Of a stretch of 64,000 nt of DNA, positions 55,477 through 64,000 are shown piece by piece. The first letter of the stretch is position 1. Each line of letters begins with the position of its first letter. Location: contig CBDCSU010000006.1 in assembly GCA_965221775.1 (NCBI GenBank), positions 960,001 to 1,024,000 of the forward strand, in the 5' to 3' direction. A program made the translations under genes and the position numbers. The notes beneath the pieces are model-generated. The model was not told the origin of the DNA and ran no database searches. It saw only the letters and a list, made by a program, of their open reading frames with translations. Origin of the DNA: Candidatus Latescibacterota bacterium. GTDB taxonomy: Bacteria > Latescibacterota > UBA2968 > UBA8231.

Positions 55477-56532
55477 CTAGGCGGCCTCGCGCACCTCGGG
55501 AGACCAGTCCCGCCAGATGCCGCCGTCGGTGGGGTCCACCACCAGCGGGTCGGGCACCGACTCGGGCGTCTTGAGGAACCCGTAGATCGTCGCCTGGCGG
55601 ATCACGTCCGTGGAGGTGTTGAGGCCCGCCATGTGCAGGATCTTGGTGTGCCACAGGACCACGGTGCCCGCCGGGCCGTGGCAGTCCACCGGCTCGGTGT
55701 CGTCCTTGATCCGCGTGATGACGGGGTCGCTGTAGCCGCCGGCGCGGCGCACGGCCAGGTGCTTGTCGGTGTGCTTCTCGCCGGCGCGGAACGCCTCCCA
55801 CTGCTCCGGCCAGATCCTGGAGTGGCTCCCCGGCCAGACGGTGAAGCCGCCGCAGCCGGGGGGCAGGTCGTCGATGTAGGCCGACACCTGCAGCCGGATG
55901 CGCCCGTAGCAGGCGCCGTCCGAATGGGCCCCCGGATACCCGGACGCCGGGGGCGGACTCCCGGGCAGGGTGCAGTAGAGTCCGCGCGTGCCCTGGCCGT
56001 TGATCCACAGGGGGCCGGTGGCCGGCAGCCGCAGGGCCGGCTCGGTGCGGAAGGTGCCCTGCGGCGGATAGCCCATGGCGTGGCCCACGTGGGAGACCAG
56101 CCCGCCCACGGCATCGTCGCACATGAAGGCGGGGCCGGTGGCGGCGCCCGAGGCGTCCAGCCCCGCCGGCCGCACGACCGTGCCCTGTCCCAGGAGCTGT
56201 TCCGCCACCTCCCACAACGCCCGGGGCGCCAGGTCGAGGAGCAGCTCCTCGCCGCCGTTGCGCACGTAGAACCGCTGGCCCCTGCCGCTGAAGTAGGCGT
56301 CTCCGCCGCCCTCGGGCCGGGCCGCCGCCAGGCGGTCGCTCTCCTCCTCGGTGATGGGGCCCCAGGTGGCCGGATCGTCCCGCTTCATGCGCGGCAGGTG
56401 CTCGCCGGCGATCTCCCACATCTGGTCCCGCGCCCGGCGGCAGAGCTCCGGGTCGAGCACCGCCGGCAGCACGAGGTATCCGTCCCGCTTGAAGCGGGAG
56501 ATCTGGTCCGTGGTCAGCAGATCGACAGCCAT
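55477..56532 (-). CDS. PhyH-family dioxygenase
   Basis: FKRDGYLV, AHSDG, FTVWPGSH, VVLWHTKILH; ATG overlaps the upstream stop by 1 nt. Confidence 0.82.
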   Translation of the reverse strand: MAVDLLTTDQISRFKRDGYLVLPAVLDPELCRRARDQMWEIAGEHLPRMKRDDPATWGPITEEESDRLAAARPEGGGDAYFSGRGQRFYVRNGGEELLLDLAPRALWEVAEQLLGQGTVVRPAGLDASGAATGPAFMCDDAVGGLVSHVGHAMGYPPQGTFRTEPALRLPATGPLWINGQGTRGLYCTLPGSPPPASGYPGAHSDGACYGRIRLQVSAYIDDLPPGCGGFTVWPGSHSRIWPEQWEAFRAGEKHTDKHLAVRRAGGYSDPVITRIKDDTEPVDCHGPAGTVVLWHTKILHMAGLNTSTDVIRQATIYGFLKTPESVPDPLVVDPTDGGIWRDWSPEVREAA

Positions 56533-58469
56533 CAGCGTCCCTCCTGTTGCAGGTGAGGCTGGAAGCCCAGGCCCCCGCGCACCAGGGACTCCCAGCAGTG
56601 CACGGGCGACCGGGCGAGGACGGCCGGCAGCTCCGCCCGCAGATCGGCGATGGCCGGGACCTCCCCCTCGTCCGGCGGACCCAGGTGCGCCAGCCGGCCC
56701 AGGGCGTCCATGGCGAAGCCCACGGAGATGACGTTCTCGTCGTCGCGGACCACCCCCTTCAGCGCCTCGATCGCCGGCTCCAGGGCGTCGCCCGCGGCGG
56801 CGGCCCCGTGGGAGCAGAGGATGACCATCGACCACAGGGCGTTCTCGCGCACGGCGGAGCGCACCGGCGCGAACCGCTCCAGGCCGAAGTCGACGCCGCC
56901 GCCCTCGCAGATGTCGCTGTCGTCGGTGGGCCGCACGAACTTGATGCTGCGGCCCTGGGCCCGGTCCATGGCCAGCCGGTTCTCCTCACGGTCCAGGCTC
57001 CGCAGGAGGGCGCGGAAGCAGTCGGGGATGCGCTCGCGGCCGACCCCCGTGGCCGCGGCCCGGCGGCCGAGGCAGCCCAGGGCGCCGGCGGCGACGGAGC
57101 GGACGTACACGGAGGGGTCCTCGTGGAGGCGGGCGGTGACCGCCTCCAGGACCTCGGCCGTCAGGGGGGCGGCGTCGCCGAGGCCGTGGACGCCGGCCTT
57201 GCGGACCCACTTCACGGGGGAGGCCGCAGCCTCGAGGAAGGCGGAGGTGGCTTCCTCTCCGACGGTGATCAGGCCGTAGGCGGCGGCCCGGCGCACGCTC
57301 TCGCGGTGGTCGTGGAGGGCCTGGCCCAGGATCCGCACGGCCAGGTCCGTATCGCCGATGGAGGCGATCTGGTAGGCGGCGCCGACGCGGACCGGCTCGG
57401 CGGGCTCGTGACGGGCGCGAAGCCGCGTTGACAGTCGCTCAGCCTCCTGATCCCGCGCCGCCGGCGAGCGGGCGGCGGCTTCGGGCCGCGGTGGCGGCGG
57501 CCGGCCGGTGCGGATCCAGTGATCGTGGTAGCGCCAGACCGCGGTGACGTCGTCGTCCGCCTCCGACAGATCGATCCCCGTCATAGGGTCGGTGGAGGGA
57601 TTCCGCCAGTCGACCTCGGCGAACCCGTCCTCCCCGGCGGCCGGCGCGTCGGTGGTCCGGTAGAGCCAGAAGCGCCACATGAAGCGGGGCCGGTCCTGCC
57701 AGGTCCGCCAGTCGTCGCGGCGGTGGTTGCCCCGGTGGAAGGTGTTGTGCGAGTAGAGGACGACGCTGCCCGCCGCCAGCGGCGCCGCCTCGAAGGACCG
57801 CACCAGCGGCCACCCGGTGTTCGTCACCGCCTCCCGCATGCGCCGGTCGTGGGCGGTGCGGCCCTGGCGGATCTCCTCGGGATCGTACTCGGAGTCGGGG
57901 CCGCTCGCCGCCTTCCCCTCCATGCCGCCGAGCTGGTAGGCGAAGTCGAGGTGATCGGCGCCGGCGAAGTTGTCGTGGTTCTCCTCGTGGTCGAAGGTCC
58001 AGTAGTGGGAGTAGGGCACCGTGGCCGTGGGCCCCATCTCCGGCGCCACCGCCTGCGGGTAGTAGAGCATCTCCATCTGCACCGCCTGGTGGTGGCGCAG
58101 CTTGCGGCCGTTGTAGGGCCCGTTGTCGTCCTTGTGCCAGTGCTGGTCCCGCCCGCCGCTGGCGAAGGTGGCGTTGTGGGTGAAGGGCACGACCGCCCAG
58201 CTCTCGCCCAGGAGCCGGTCCAGGGCCCCCACCAGGCCCGGGGCGTTGAGCACCTCAAGGATCTCGGGCAGGCTTCCGGGGGTGACGGGCTTCCCCTCGC
58301 GGACGGCCTCTTTCTCCCGCTCGTAGATGCGCCCGTGGATCTCGGGGGAGATCCCGAGGCTCTCGGGGGACAGCAGCACGATCCCCCGGCTCGCGAAGTC
58401 CCGCACCAGCCGCTCCGGCGGGGTGCCGGGCAGGGGCGGGGGGGAGGGTTGGTCGGCTTCAGCGGTCAA
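56532..58469 (-). CDS. PhyH-like dioxygenase fused to HEAT repeats
   Basis: HWHKD, TATVPYSH, SHNTFHRG; C-terminal ESVRRAAAYGL, WVRKAGVHGLG, YVRSVAAGALG HEAT repeats. Confidence 0.8.
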   Translation of the reverse strand: MTAEADQPSPPPLPGTPPERLVRDFASRGIVLLSPESLGISPEIHGRIYEREKEAVREGKPVTPGSLPEILEVLNAPGLVGALDRLLGESWAVVPFTHNATFASGGRDQHWHKDDNGPYNGRKLRHHQAVQMEMLYYPQAVAPEMGPTATVPYSHYWTFDHEENHDNFAGADHLDFAYQLGGMEGKAASGPDSEYDPEEIRQGRTAHDRRMREAVTNTGWPLVRSFEAAPLAAGSVVLYSHNTFHRGNHRRDDWRTWQDRPRFMWRFWLYRTTDAPAAGEDGFAEVDWRNPSTDPMTGIDLSEADDDVTAVWRYHDHWIRTGRPPPPRPEAAARSPAARDQEAERLSTRLRARHEPAEPVRVGAAYQIASIGDTDLAVRILGQALHDHRESVRRAAAYGLITVGEEATSAFLEAAASPVKWVRKAGVHGLGDAAPLTAEVLEAVTARLHEDPSVYVRSVAAGALGCLGRRAAATGVGRERIPDCFRALLRSLDREENRLAMDRAQGRSIKFVRPTDDSDICEGGGVDFGLERFAPVRSAVRENALWSMVILCSHGAAAAGDALEPAIEALKGVVRDDENVISVGFAMDALGRLAHLGPPDEGEVPAIADLRAELPAVLARSPVHCWESLVRGGLGFQPHLQQEGR

Positions 58470-58501
58470 TCCGATTCCCCTGAGAAGGGCCGGTCACGAC
58501 A

Positions 58502-58538
58502 AAGGGGTTGCGAGAGAAGGTGTGTCCCGCAACCCCTT
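58502..58538 (-). terminator. Hairpin/terminator after tRNA-Arg
   Basis: AAGGGGTTGCG...CGCAACCCCTT inverted repeat followed by TTTGT on the minus strand. Confidence 0.65.
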
Positions 58539-58550
58539 ACTTGTCGAAAG

Positions 58551-58627
58551 TGGTGCACCCAGGAGGACTCGAACCCCCAACCTTCTGATCCGTAGTCAGA
58601 TGCTCTATCCAATTGAGCTATAGGTGC
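58551..58627 (-). tRNA. tRNA-Arg(ACG)
   Basis: Acceptor GCACCTA/TGGGTGC, anticodon arm TCTGA-CTACGGA-TCAGA, TTCGAGT T-loop, encoded CCA. Confidence 0.97.
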
Positions 58628-58643
58628 ACGGACCGGAGATCAG

Positions 58644-58671
58644 AAGGTACGGCGGACCCCTACATCGTCAA
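58644..58671 (-). promoter_or_regulatory. Promoter for tRNA-Arg(ACG)
   Basis: TTGACG-N16-TACCTT; the -35 overlaps the thrC stop codon. Confidence 0.55.
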
Positions 58672-59840
58672 GACAGGGCCTCGAGGTACTTGTAGCCCGA
58701 CCCGGTGTTGAAGAGGACGACCCGCTCGCCGCCGCCGAGCCAGCCGCGATCCTTCAGCGCCAGCAGGGCGGCGAGGGTGGCGCCGCCCTCGGGGGCCGGG
58801 AAGATCCCCGTGTGCCGCGCCAGGTCCCGGCTCCGGGCGATCAGCTCCTCGTCGGTGACGGCCACCGCCGTGCCGCCGCTCTCGCGCAGGGCCCGCAGCA
58901 TGAGGAAGTCGGCCACGGCGCCGGGCACGCGCAGGCCCGAGGCGATGGTGCGGGCGTCGGCCCAGGGCTCGGCGGACTCGTGGCCGGCCTCGAAGGCGCG
59001 CACGATGGGGGCGCAGCCGGCGGCCTGCACCGAGACCATGCGCGGCCTGCGGCCGGGCTCGATCCAGCCGAGCTGCTCCAGCTCCTCGAAGGCCTTCCAC
59101 ATGCCGATGAGGCCGGTGCCGCCGCCGGTGGGGTAGACGACGACGTCGGGCAGGCTCCAGCCGAACTGCTCGGCCAGCTCGTAGCCCATCGTCTTCTTGC
59201 CCTCCGCCCGGTAGGGCTCCTTGAGGGTGGACATGTCGAACCAGCCCTCTGCCTCGCGGCGCTCGCCGACGATGCGCCCGCAGTCGGTGATCAGGCCGTC
59301 CACCAGCTCCAGCCGGCCGCCGCAGGCGGTCACCTCGACCTGGAAGGCGGCGGGCGTGTCCCTCGGCATGAAGACGTGGCACTCCAGGCCGGCGGCGGCG
59401 GCGTACGCGGCCAGGGCGCCGCCGGCGTTCCCCGCCGTGGGGATGGCGGCCTTCACCGCCCCCCGGGCGGCGGCGGCGGTGACCGCCGCGGAAAGGCCCC
59501 GAGCCTTGAAGGAGCCCGTGGGGTTGACGGACTCGTCCTTGACCCACAGGCGATCGAAACCGCACCAGTCGCCGAGGCGCCGGGCCCGGCGCAAGGGCGT
59601 CCAGCCCTCGTCTAGGGTGACGGCCGCGTCCCCGGCGCGCAGGGGCATGACCTCGCGGTAGCGCCACATGGACGGCGTCCGGCCGGCCAGCTCGTCGCGG
59701 CTGACGGCGCCGCGGGCGGCGGCCAGGTCGTAGCGCGCGAAGAGGGGGGCGCCGGCGTCGGAGAGGTTGTGCAGGCCGTCGACGTCGCAGCGAGCGCCGG
59801 TGCGGGTGCACTCCAGGTGGGTGAAGAAGGACCCGCTCAC
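58668..59840 (-). CDS. thrC: Threonine synthase
   Basis: MWRYRE, KDESVNPTGSFKARG (PLP Lys), TAGNAG, EGKKTMG, YPTGGG, FNTGSGYKY. Confidence 0.9.
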   Translation of the reverse strand: MSGSFFTHLECTRTGARCDVDGLHNLSDAGAPLFARYDLAAARGAVSRDELAGRTPSMWRYREVMPLRAGDAAVTLDEGWTPLRRARRLGDWCGFDRLWVKDESVNPTGSFKARGLSAAVTAAAARGAVKAAIPTAGNAGGALAAYAAAAGLECHVFMPRDTPAAFQVEVTACGGRLELVDGLITDCGRIVGERREAEGWFDMSTLKEPYRAEGKKTMGYELAEQFGWSLPDVVVYPTGGGTGLIGMWKAFEELEQLGWIEPGRRPRMVSVQAAGCAPIVRAFEAGHESAEPWADARTIASGLRVPGAVADFLMLRALRESGGTAVAVTDEELIARSRDLARHTGIFPAPEGGATLAALLALKDRGWLGGGERVVLFNTGSGYKYLEALS

Positions 59841-60421
59841 GGGGCTCCGTACAGGCCGTGGTCGGCGATGTAGCCCTCCACCGCCTCGGGCACCAGGCAG
59901 CGCACCGGCAGGCCGGCCCGCACCCGGCGGCGGATCTCGGTGGAGGAGATGTCGAAGACGGGGGTGTCGACGCGCTCGACGCGGTCCGCCAGGGCGCCGG
60001 CGGGCAGCGCCCCCGACTCGACGCGGGAGCCGGCGATCACCGTGGCCAGCGCGAGGATGCCCTCCGGGTCGTGCCAGCTCTCCAGCTCGGGCACGTTGTC
60101 GGCGCCGATGATGAGGAAGCGCTCGTCAGCGGGCCCCTCGTCGCGGAGCCGGCGCAGGGTGTCGACGGTGTACGAGACCCCCGGGCGCCGCAGCTCGAGG
60201 TCGCTGGCCTCCAGCCGGTCGTGGCCCTCCACGGCGGCGCAGACCATCCGCCAGCGGTGCTCCGGCGGGGTCGGCACCTCGCTCTTGTGGGGAGGCTCGG
60301 CGGCGGGCACGAAGAGCACGCGGTCCAGGTGGAGGGCCTCCAGGACGTGGCGCGCCAGGAGGAGGTGGCCGCAGTGGACGGGGTCGAAGGTGCCTCCGAG
60401 GATCCCGAGACGCTCCCCCAC
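59837..60421 (-). CDS. nadD: Nicotinate-nucleotide adenylyltransferase
   Basis: GILGGTFDPVHCGH, PPHK, SYTVDTL, IIGADN, ISSTEIR. Confidence 0.95.
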   Translation of the reverse strand: MGERLGILGGTFDPVHCGHLLLARHVLEALHLDRVLFVPAAEPPHKSEVPTPPEHRWRMVCAAVEGHDRLEASDLELRRPGVSYTVDTLRRLRDEGPADERFLIIGADNVPELESWHDPEGILALATVIAGSRVESGALPAGALADRVERVDTPVFDISSTEIRRRVRAGLPVRCLVPEAVEGYIADHGLYGAP

Positions 60422-60425
60422 GGCC

Positions 60426-61181
60426 TCACTCGGCGTCCTGCCCGGCCTCGGCGATCCACTCGCGCACGTCCTCGAGGAGGTCCTCGTCCCCGGAGCCCGA
60501 GAGCACCTCGTCCCACAGGGCCTGCGCCTCGTCGGGGCGGCCCTGCCGGCTGTGGATGCGGCCGATGCGGGCCAGGCCCTGCCAGTACCAGTCGGTGTCC
60601 GGGTAGGCGCGGACCATCTGCTCGTAGGTCATCTTCGCCGCGTCCAGGTGCCCCTGGCGGTGGTACAGCCGGGCGGCGAGGAAGTCCTTCTCCGCGAGCC
60701 GGCCCCGGCACTCGCGGATGCGCCCGCTGGCGTCGGCCACCAGCGGACTGCCGGGGTTGTCCTCGATGAACCGGCGGTACGCCGCCAGGGCCTGGTAGGT
60801 CTCGGCCTGGTCGAGCTCGGCTCGGCGGCTCTGCTCAAAGTAGGACTCGCCGATCTTGTACTGGGCCTCCACGAGGCGCGCGCTGGAGGGATAGGTGTCG
60901 ACGAGCCGTTCGTACTCGAAGACGGCGCTGACGTACTCCTCGAGGTGGAAGAAGGACTCGGCCAGGTGGTACTGGGCCTCGGCCACCTCGGCGAAACCCG
61001 GGTAGTTGCTCAGCACCCGCTGGAAGTTGTCCACCGCCCGCAGGTAGCGCCCCTTCTCGAAGTCCTCCATCCCCTTGTCGTAGTAGAACCCGGCCCCCTG
61101 CAACTGCTCCGGATCCTTCTTGCCGGCGCACCCGGCGACAAGCGCCGCCGCCAGGAACGAGGCGAGTCCGCGGAGGGACAT
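60426..61181 (-). CDS. bamD: Outer membrane protein assembly factor BamD
   Basis: Lipobox LVAGC; TPRs; ELDQAETYQA, RLAEKDFLAARLY, YPDT. Confidence 0.85.
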   Translation of the reverse strand: MSLRGLASFLAAALVAGCAGKKDPEQLQGAGFYYDKGMEDFEKGRYLRAVDNFQRVLSNYPGFAEVAEAQYHLAESFFHLEEYVSAVFEYERLVDTYPSSARLVEAQYKIGESYFEQSRRAELDQAETYQALAAYRRFIEDNPGSPLVADASGRIRECRGRLAEKDFLAARLYHRQGHLDAAKMTYEQMVRAYPDTDWYWQGLARIGRIHSRQGRPDEAQALWDEVLSGSGDEDLLEDVREWIAEAGQDAE

Positions 61182-61786
61182 CAGCGATTCGAGTAGAAGA
61201 GGTAGACGAGGGAGCCCAGGACGGAACTGACGATGGCCGGTTCCACGTACTTGCCCCAAGTGCGTTTCTCCATCTCGGTCTCGGCGAAATCGAAGCGGGA
61301 TTGCTGGAGCGCATCGAGCTCGCCCTTCGGAATGCGGTCTCTCAGCCCGGCTCTCCCCTCACCGGACCACAGACGCTCGCCCCCCATGTCGAGATCCAGC
61401 TGCAGGCCCACGCGGCATCGGCGGGTGACGTTGTTGGTCAGCAGCCCGGACCGCCCGGTGACGGCGACTTCGATGACCCGGTACGACAGGTGGGCGGCCG
61501 CCGCCGAGGTGTCGGCGGTCACCGCCAGGCCCCGGGTGAGCAGCTCCTCGAGGAGCAGGTGCTCGAAAAGCCAGTTGGCGTCGTCCTTGGCGGCGGGTTG
61601 GAGGCTCACCTTCTCGAAGCCCTCGCCGTGCCCGGCGGTGTCGAGGCCGGCCACCGCCTCCTGCACCGCCCGGGTGGCCGCTCGCGACACGAGATCGAGA
61701 TTGCTCGGACCCAGAGCGCCGGACCGGCCGGGCTGCAGGAGAAGGACCGCGGCGAGGACGAGGACGCGGCGGGGGGCCGGACTCAC
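61181..61786 (-). CDS. Hypothetical protein with signal peptide and C-terminal TM anchor
   Basis: GTGA overlap; ends VEPAIVSSVLGSLVYLFYSNR. Confidence 0.7.
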   Translation of the reverse strand: MSPAPRRVLVLAAVLLLQPGRSGALGPSNLDLVSRAATRAVQEAVAGLDTAGHGEGFEKVSLQPAAKDDANWLFEHLLLEELLTRGLAVTADTSAAAAHLSYRVIEVAVTGRSGLLTNNVTRRCRVGLQLDLDMGGERLWSGEGRAGLRDRIPKGELDALQQSRFDFAETEMEKRTWGKYVEPAIVSSVLGSLVYLFYSNR

Positions 61787-62538
61787 GGCCCCTCCAGCTG
61801 CCGCAGCTCCTCGCGCGCCTCGTCGACGTACTCGCTGCCGGGGTAGTTCTGCAGGAGCTTGCGGAAGGCGGCCACGGCCTGGTCGGACTCGCCGAGAGCC
61901 AGGTACGCCCGGGCGATCATCAGCTGGGCGTCGTCGGCCTTCTCGGTGTAGGGGTAGGCGAGGACCTTGGTGAACTCCGCCAGGGCGGGGCGGAACCGGC
62001 GCTGCAGGTAGCGGGCCTCGCCGATCCAGTAGCGGGCGTTGTCGGCCAGGTCGCTGTCGGGGGCGCGCTCCAGGATCTCGGAGAATGCGGCCACCGCCTC
62101 GTCGAAGCGGCGCTCCCGGTGCTGATCGCGGGCGCTGGCGTAAGCGGCGGCGGCATCGAAGGTCGGGTCTGCGCCGGCCGTTGCGGCGGCGCCGGGACTG
62201 GCAGCCGGGCTCGAGCCGGCGCCGGCCGGGGGGATGGCGCCGGCGCCGGCCGGGGGTTTGGCGCTGGCGCCGGAGGCGCCGGATCCCTCGAGGGCGGCCA
62301 CCCGCTCGTGCAGGGCGGCGAGGCTCTCCTCGGCGCGCCGCAGGCGCTCGGCCAGGTCCTCCCCGCGGTCGGCGTAGGCCTGCTGATCGCGGCCCATGGC
62401 CTCCAGCTTCTCGCGCAGGTCGGCGGAGTTGTCCGCCGCGCGGGTCCCCGGAGCGGTGCCGGCGCAACCCGTCCCCGCGGCCCAGGCGGCGGCGAGGAGA
62501 AGGCGCAACAGCGATCCTGGTGAGAGGGTCGGTCTCAT
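61783..62538 (-). CDS. cpoB: CpoB/YbgF-like TPR lipoprotein
   Basis: Coiled coil, linker, then LADNARYWIGE, KADDAQL, NYPGSEY. Confidence 0.75.
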   Translation of the reverse strand: MRPTLSPGSLLRLLLAAAWAAGTGCAGTAPGTRAADNSADLREKLEAMGRDQQAYADRGEDLAERLRRAEESLAALHERVAALEGSGASGASAKPPAGAGAIPPAGAGSSPAASPGAAATAGADPTFDAAAAYASARDQHRERRFDEAVAAFSEILERAPDSDLADNARYWIGEARYLQRRFRPALAEFTKVLAYPYTEKADDAQLMIARAYLALGESDQAVAAFRKLLQNYPGSEYVDEAREELRQLEGP

Positions 62539-62599
62539 TCTCGGCAGCCTTTCCTAAGATGCGCAGGCCGTCCGCAAACGTCCAGCGGCGGCGGAGCGC

Positions 62600-63082
62600 T
62601 CACCCGGGGGCGGCGGACCAGCGGCTGATGAGGCCCTTCGTCGACCGCCCGGAGACGTGGCACAGGACCCGCACCTGGCCCCCGGCCTCCTCCACCACCC
62701 GGCGGCCGACCACCTCGTCCAGGGAGTAGTCGCCTCCCTTGACCAGCACGTCGGGCAGCAGGTCCGCCACCAGCGGCTCGACGCGGGTCCCGGGGAAGAG
62801 GGTGACGGCGTTCACGTCCTCCAGGGCGCACAGCAGGGCGGCGCGGTCCCGCTGCGGCACCAGGGGGCGCCCCGGGCCCTTCAACCGGCGCACGCCGTCG
62901 TCGTCGTTGAGTCCGACCACGAGGAGATCGCCCAGGGCCCGGGCCTCCTGCAGGTACTCCACGTGGCCGCGGTGCAGCAGGTCGAAGCAGCCGTTGGTGA
63001 AGACCACGACGCGGCCGTCGCGGCGGCAGCGGGCGCGCAGATCGAGGAGGGAGGAGCGGGAGAGGAGCTTCTCGGAGTGCAC
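62600..63082 (-). CDS. rfaE2: D-glycero-beta-D-manno-heptose 1-phosphate adenylyltransferase
   Basis: VFTNGCFDLLHRGH, VGLNDD.VRRLKGPGRP, PDVLVKGGDY, GRST. Confidence 0.92.
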   Translation of the reverse strand: MHSEKLLSRSSLLDLRARCRRDGRVVVFTNGCFDLLHRGHVEYLQEARALGDLLVVGLNDDDGVRRLKGPGRPLVPQRDRAALLCALEDVNAVTLFPGTRVEPLVADLLPDVLVKGGDYSLDEVVGRRVVEEAGGQVRVLCHVSGRSTKGLISRWSAAPG

Positions 63083-63134
63083 GGAGGATCAAAAGGAGAC
63101 GGCCCTGAGCGAGGGACTCGCAAAGGGCCGCGAA

Positions 63135-63212
63135 TGGGGTGGATGACGGGAGTTGAACCCGCGCCCTCCAGGGCCACAACCTGGCGCTCTAACCAACTGA
63201 GCTACATCCACC
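63135..63212 (-). tRNA. tRNA-His(GTG), with encoded G-1
   Basis: Anticodon arm CCAGG-TTGTGGC-CCTGG, TTCAACT T-loop, C discriminator, encoded CCA. Confidence 0.97.
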
Positions 63213-63225
63213 ACACGTCGAAGAA

Positions 63226-63302
63226 TGGCGTGCCCACCAGGACTCGAACCTGGGACATTCTGCTTAGAAGGCAGATGCTCTGTCCAGCTGAGCTATGGGC
63301 AC
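63226..63302 (-). tRNA. tRNA-Arg(TCT)
   Basis: Acceptor GTGCCCA/TGGGCAC, anticodon arm TCTGC-CTTCTAA-GCAGA, encoded CCA. Confidence 0.97.
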
Positions 63303-63367
63303 CTGCGAGCCTTGTGGGCCGGAGTGTCAAGATACGGACCGGTGGAAATAGGGGCCAACCGTGCAAG

Positions 63368-63445
63368 TGGTCGGGGTGGTCGGATTCGAACCGACGACCC
63401 CCTGCTCCCAAAGCAGGTGCGCTAACCGGACTGCGCTACACCCCG
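63368..63445 (-). tRNA. tRNA-Pro(TGG)
   Basis: Acceptor CGGGGTG/CACCCCG, anticodon arm CCTGC-TTTGGGA-GCAGG, encoded CCA. Confidence 0.97.
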
Positions 63446-64000
63446 AACCCGGTTGATCTCGCGCCGCAGCCTGTCGGCCTCGGCGCGCGCCGCCTCGGCG
63501 AAGTCGGCGCCCTCGGAGGCGTGCATGACGCTGCGCGAGGCGTTGATCAGCAACCCCGCCCCGTCGCGGCGCAGGCCGCCGGCCACCGACCCGGCCAGAT
63601 CCCCCCCCTGGGCGCCGACGCCGGGCACCAGAAAGGGAAGCTCCGGGGCCAACCTCCGCAAGCCGGCCATCGACTCGGCGCGAGTGGCGCCGACCACGAG
63701 TCCGCAGTTGCCGTGCTCGGCGTTCCACTCCAGGGCCCGGCGCGCCACCCGCTCCCACAGCCGGTCCCCCCCCTCCACGGCGGCAGCCTCGAAGTCGGCG
63801 GCCCCCGGGTTGGAGGTCAGGCAGACGAGGAAGACGCCGCGGTCGGCGTGGCGGGTGAAGGGCAGGACGGCGTCGGAGCCCATGTAGGGGGTCACGGTGA
63901 CGGCGTCGGCGCCGAGCTCGGTGAAGATCGCATGGGCCCAGCGTCCGGCCACGGGCCCTATGTCTCCGCACTTGGCGTCGACCACCACCGGCACCGGATC
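63422..64000 (-). CDS. pyrF: Orotidine-5'-phosphate decarboxylase, 5' end truncated by window edge
   Basis: DAKCGDIG catalytic motif, TPYMGSD, LTSNPG, VVGAT, LVPGVGAQGG, INASR. Confidence 0.93.
   Translation of the reverse strand, partial: DPVPVVVDAKCGDIGPVAGRWAHAIFTELGADAVTVTPYMGSDAVLPFTRHADRGVFLVCLTSNPGAADFEAAAVEGGDRLWERVARRALEWNAEHGNCGLVVGATRAESMAGLRRLAPELPFLVPGVGAQGGDLAGSVAGGLRRDGAGLLINASRSVMHASEGADFAEAARAEADRLRREINRVRGVAQSG

Noticed and set aside
58497-58627. tRNA-Arg as an integration site for a genomic island
   Set aside because: No integrase and no duplicated tRNA 3' end seen in the window; the inverted repeat is adequately explained as a terminator.

Overview
High-GC bacterial chromosomal window with about 55 CDS and 4 tRNAs. 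No CRISPR array, integrase or IS was seen. The gene content (DUF6785-type membrane protein, GH32/BNR-like beta-propellers, CBM9-like secreted proteins, three PhyH dioxygenases, an ankyrin protein, BamD and a TonB-dependent receptor) suggests a diderm of the FCB group, possibly Latescibacterota-like and possibly host-associated (inference only). Left part: a carbohydrate-active/secreted protein cluster, then a coupled minus-strand operon of two tandem DUF4091-like paralogs, rfbF-rfbG-rfbH, a GT2, a GT-C-like membrane protein and a CBM9-like/PKD protein. Middle: two ABC-2 permeases, a HEAT/CBM9 lipoprotein, an ArsC-family selenoprotein with an in-frame UGA and SECIS-like hairpin, a PhyH/dehydrogenase/aldolase operon, and a lower-GC defence-like islet. 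The islet holds two nuclease-like ORFs, a decayed toxin-antitoxin pair and a sigma-54-driven 38-aa peptide. Right part: RsmB/F methyltransferase, oxidoreductase, antiporter, divergent EgtB, a wHTH-TBDR-TPR operon, and core genes (thrC, nadD, bamD, cpoB-like, rfaE2, pyrF) with tRNAs. Most notable: a C-terminal TAVxxxSWGxVK tail shared by two unrelated secreted proteins (candidate sorting signal), the Sec-ArsC, the sigma-54 peptide, an HsdR_N/SeqA-like nuclease fusion, and pyrF ending inside tRNA-Pro. All family assignments are by motif recognition; no database searches were run.
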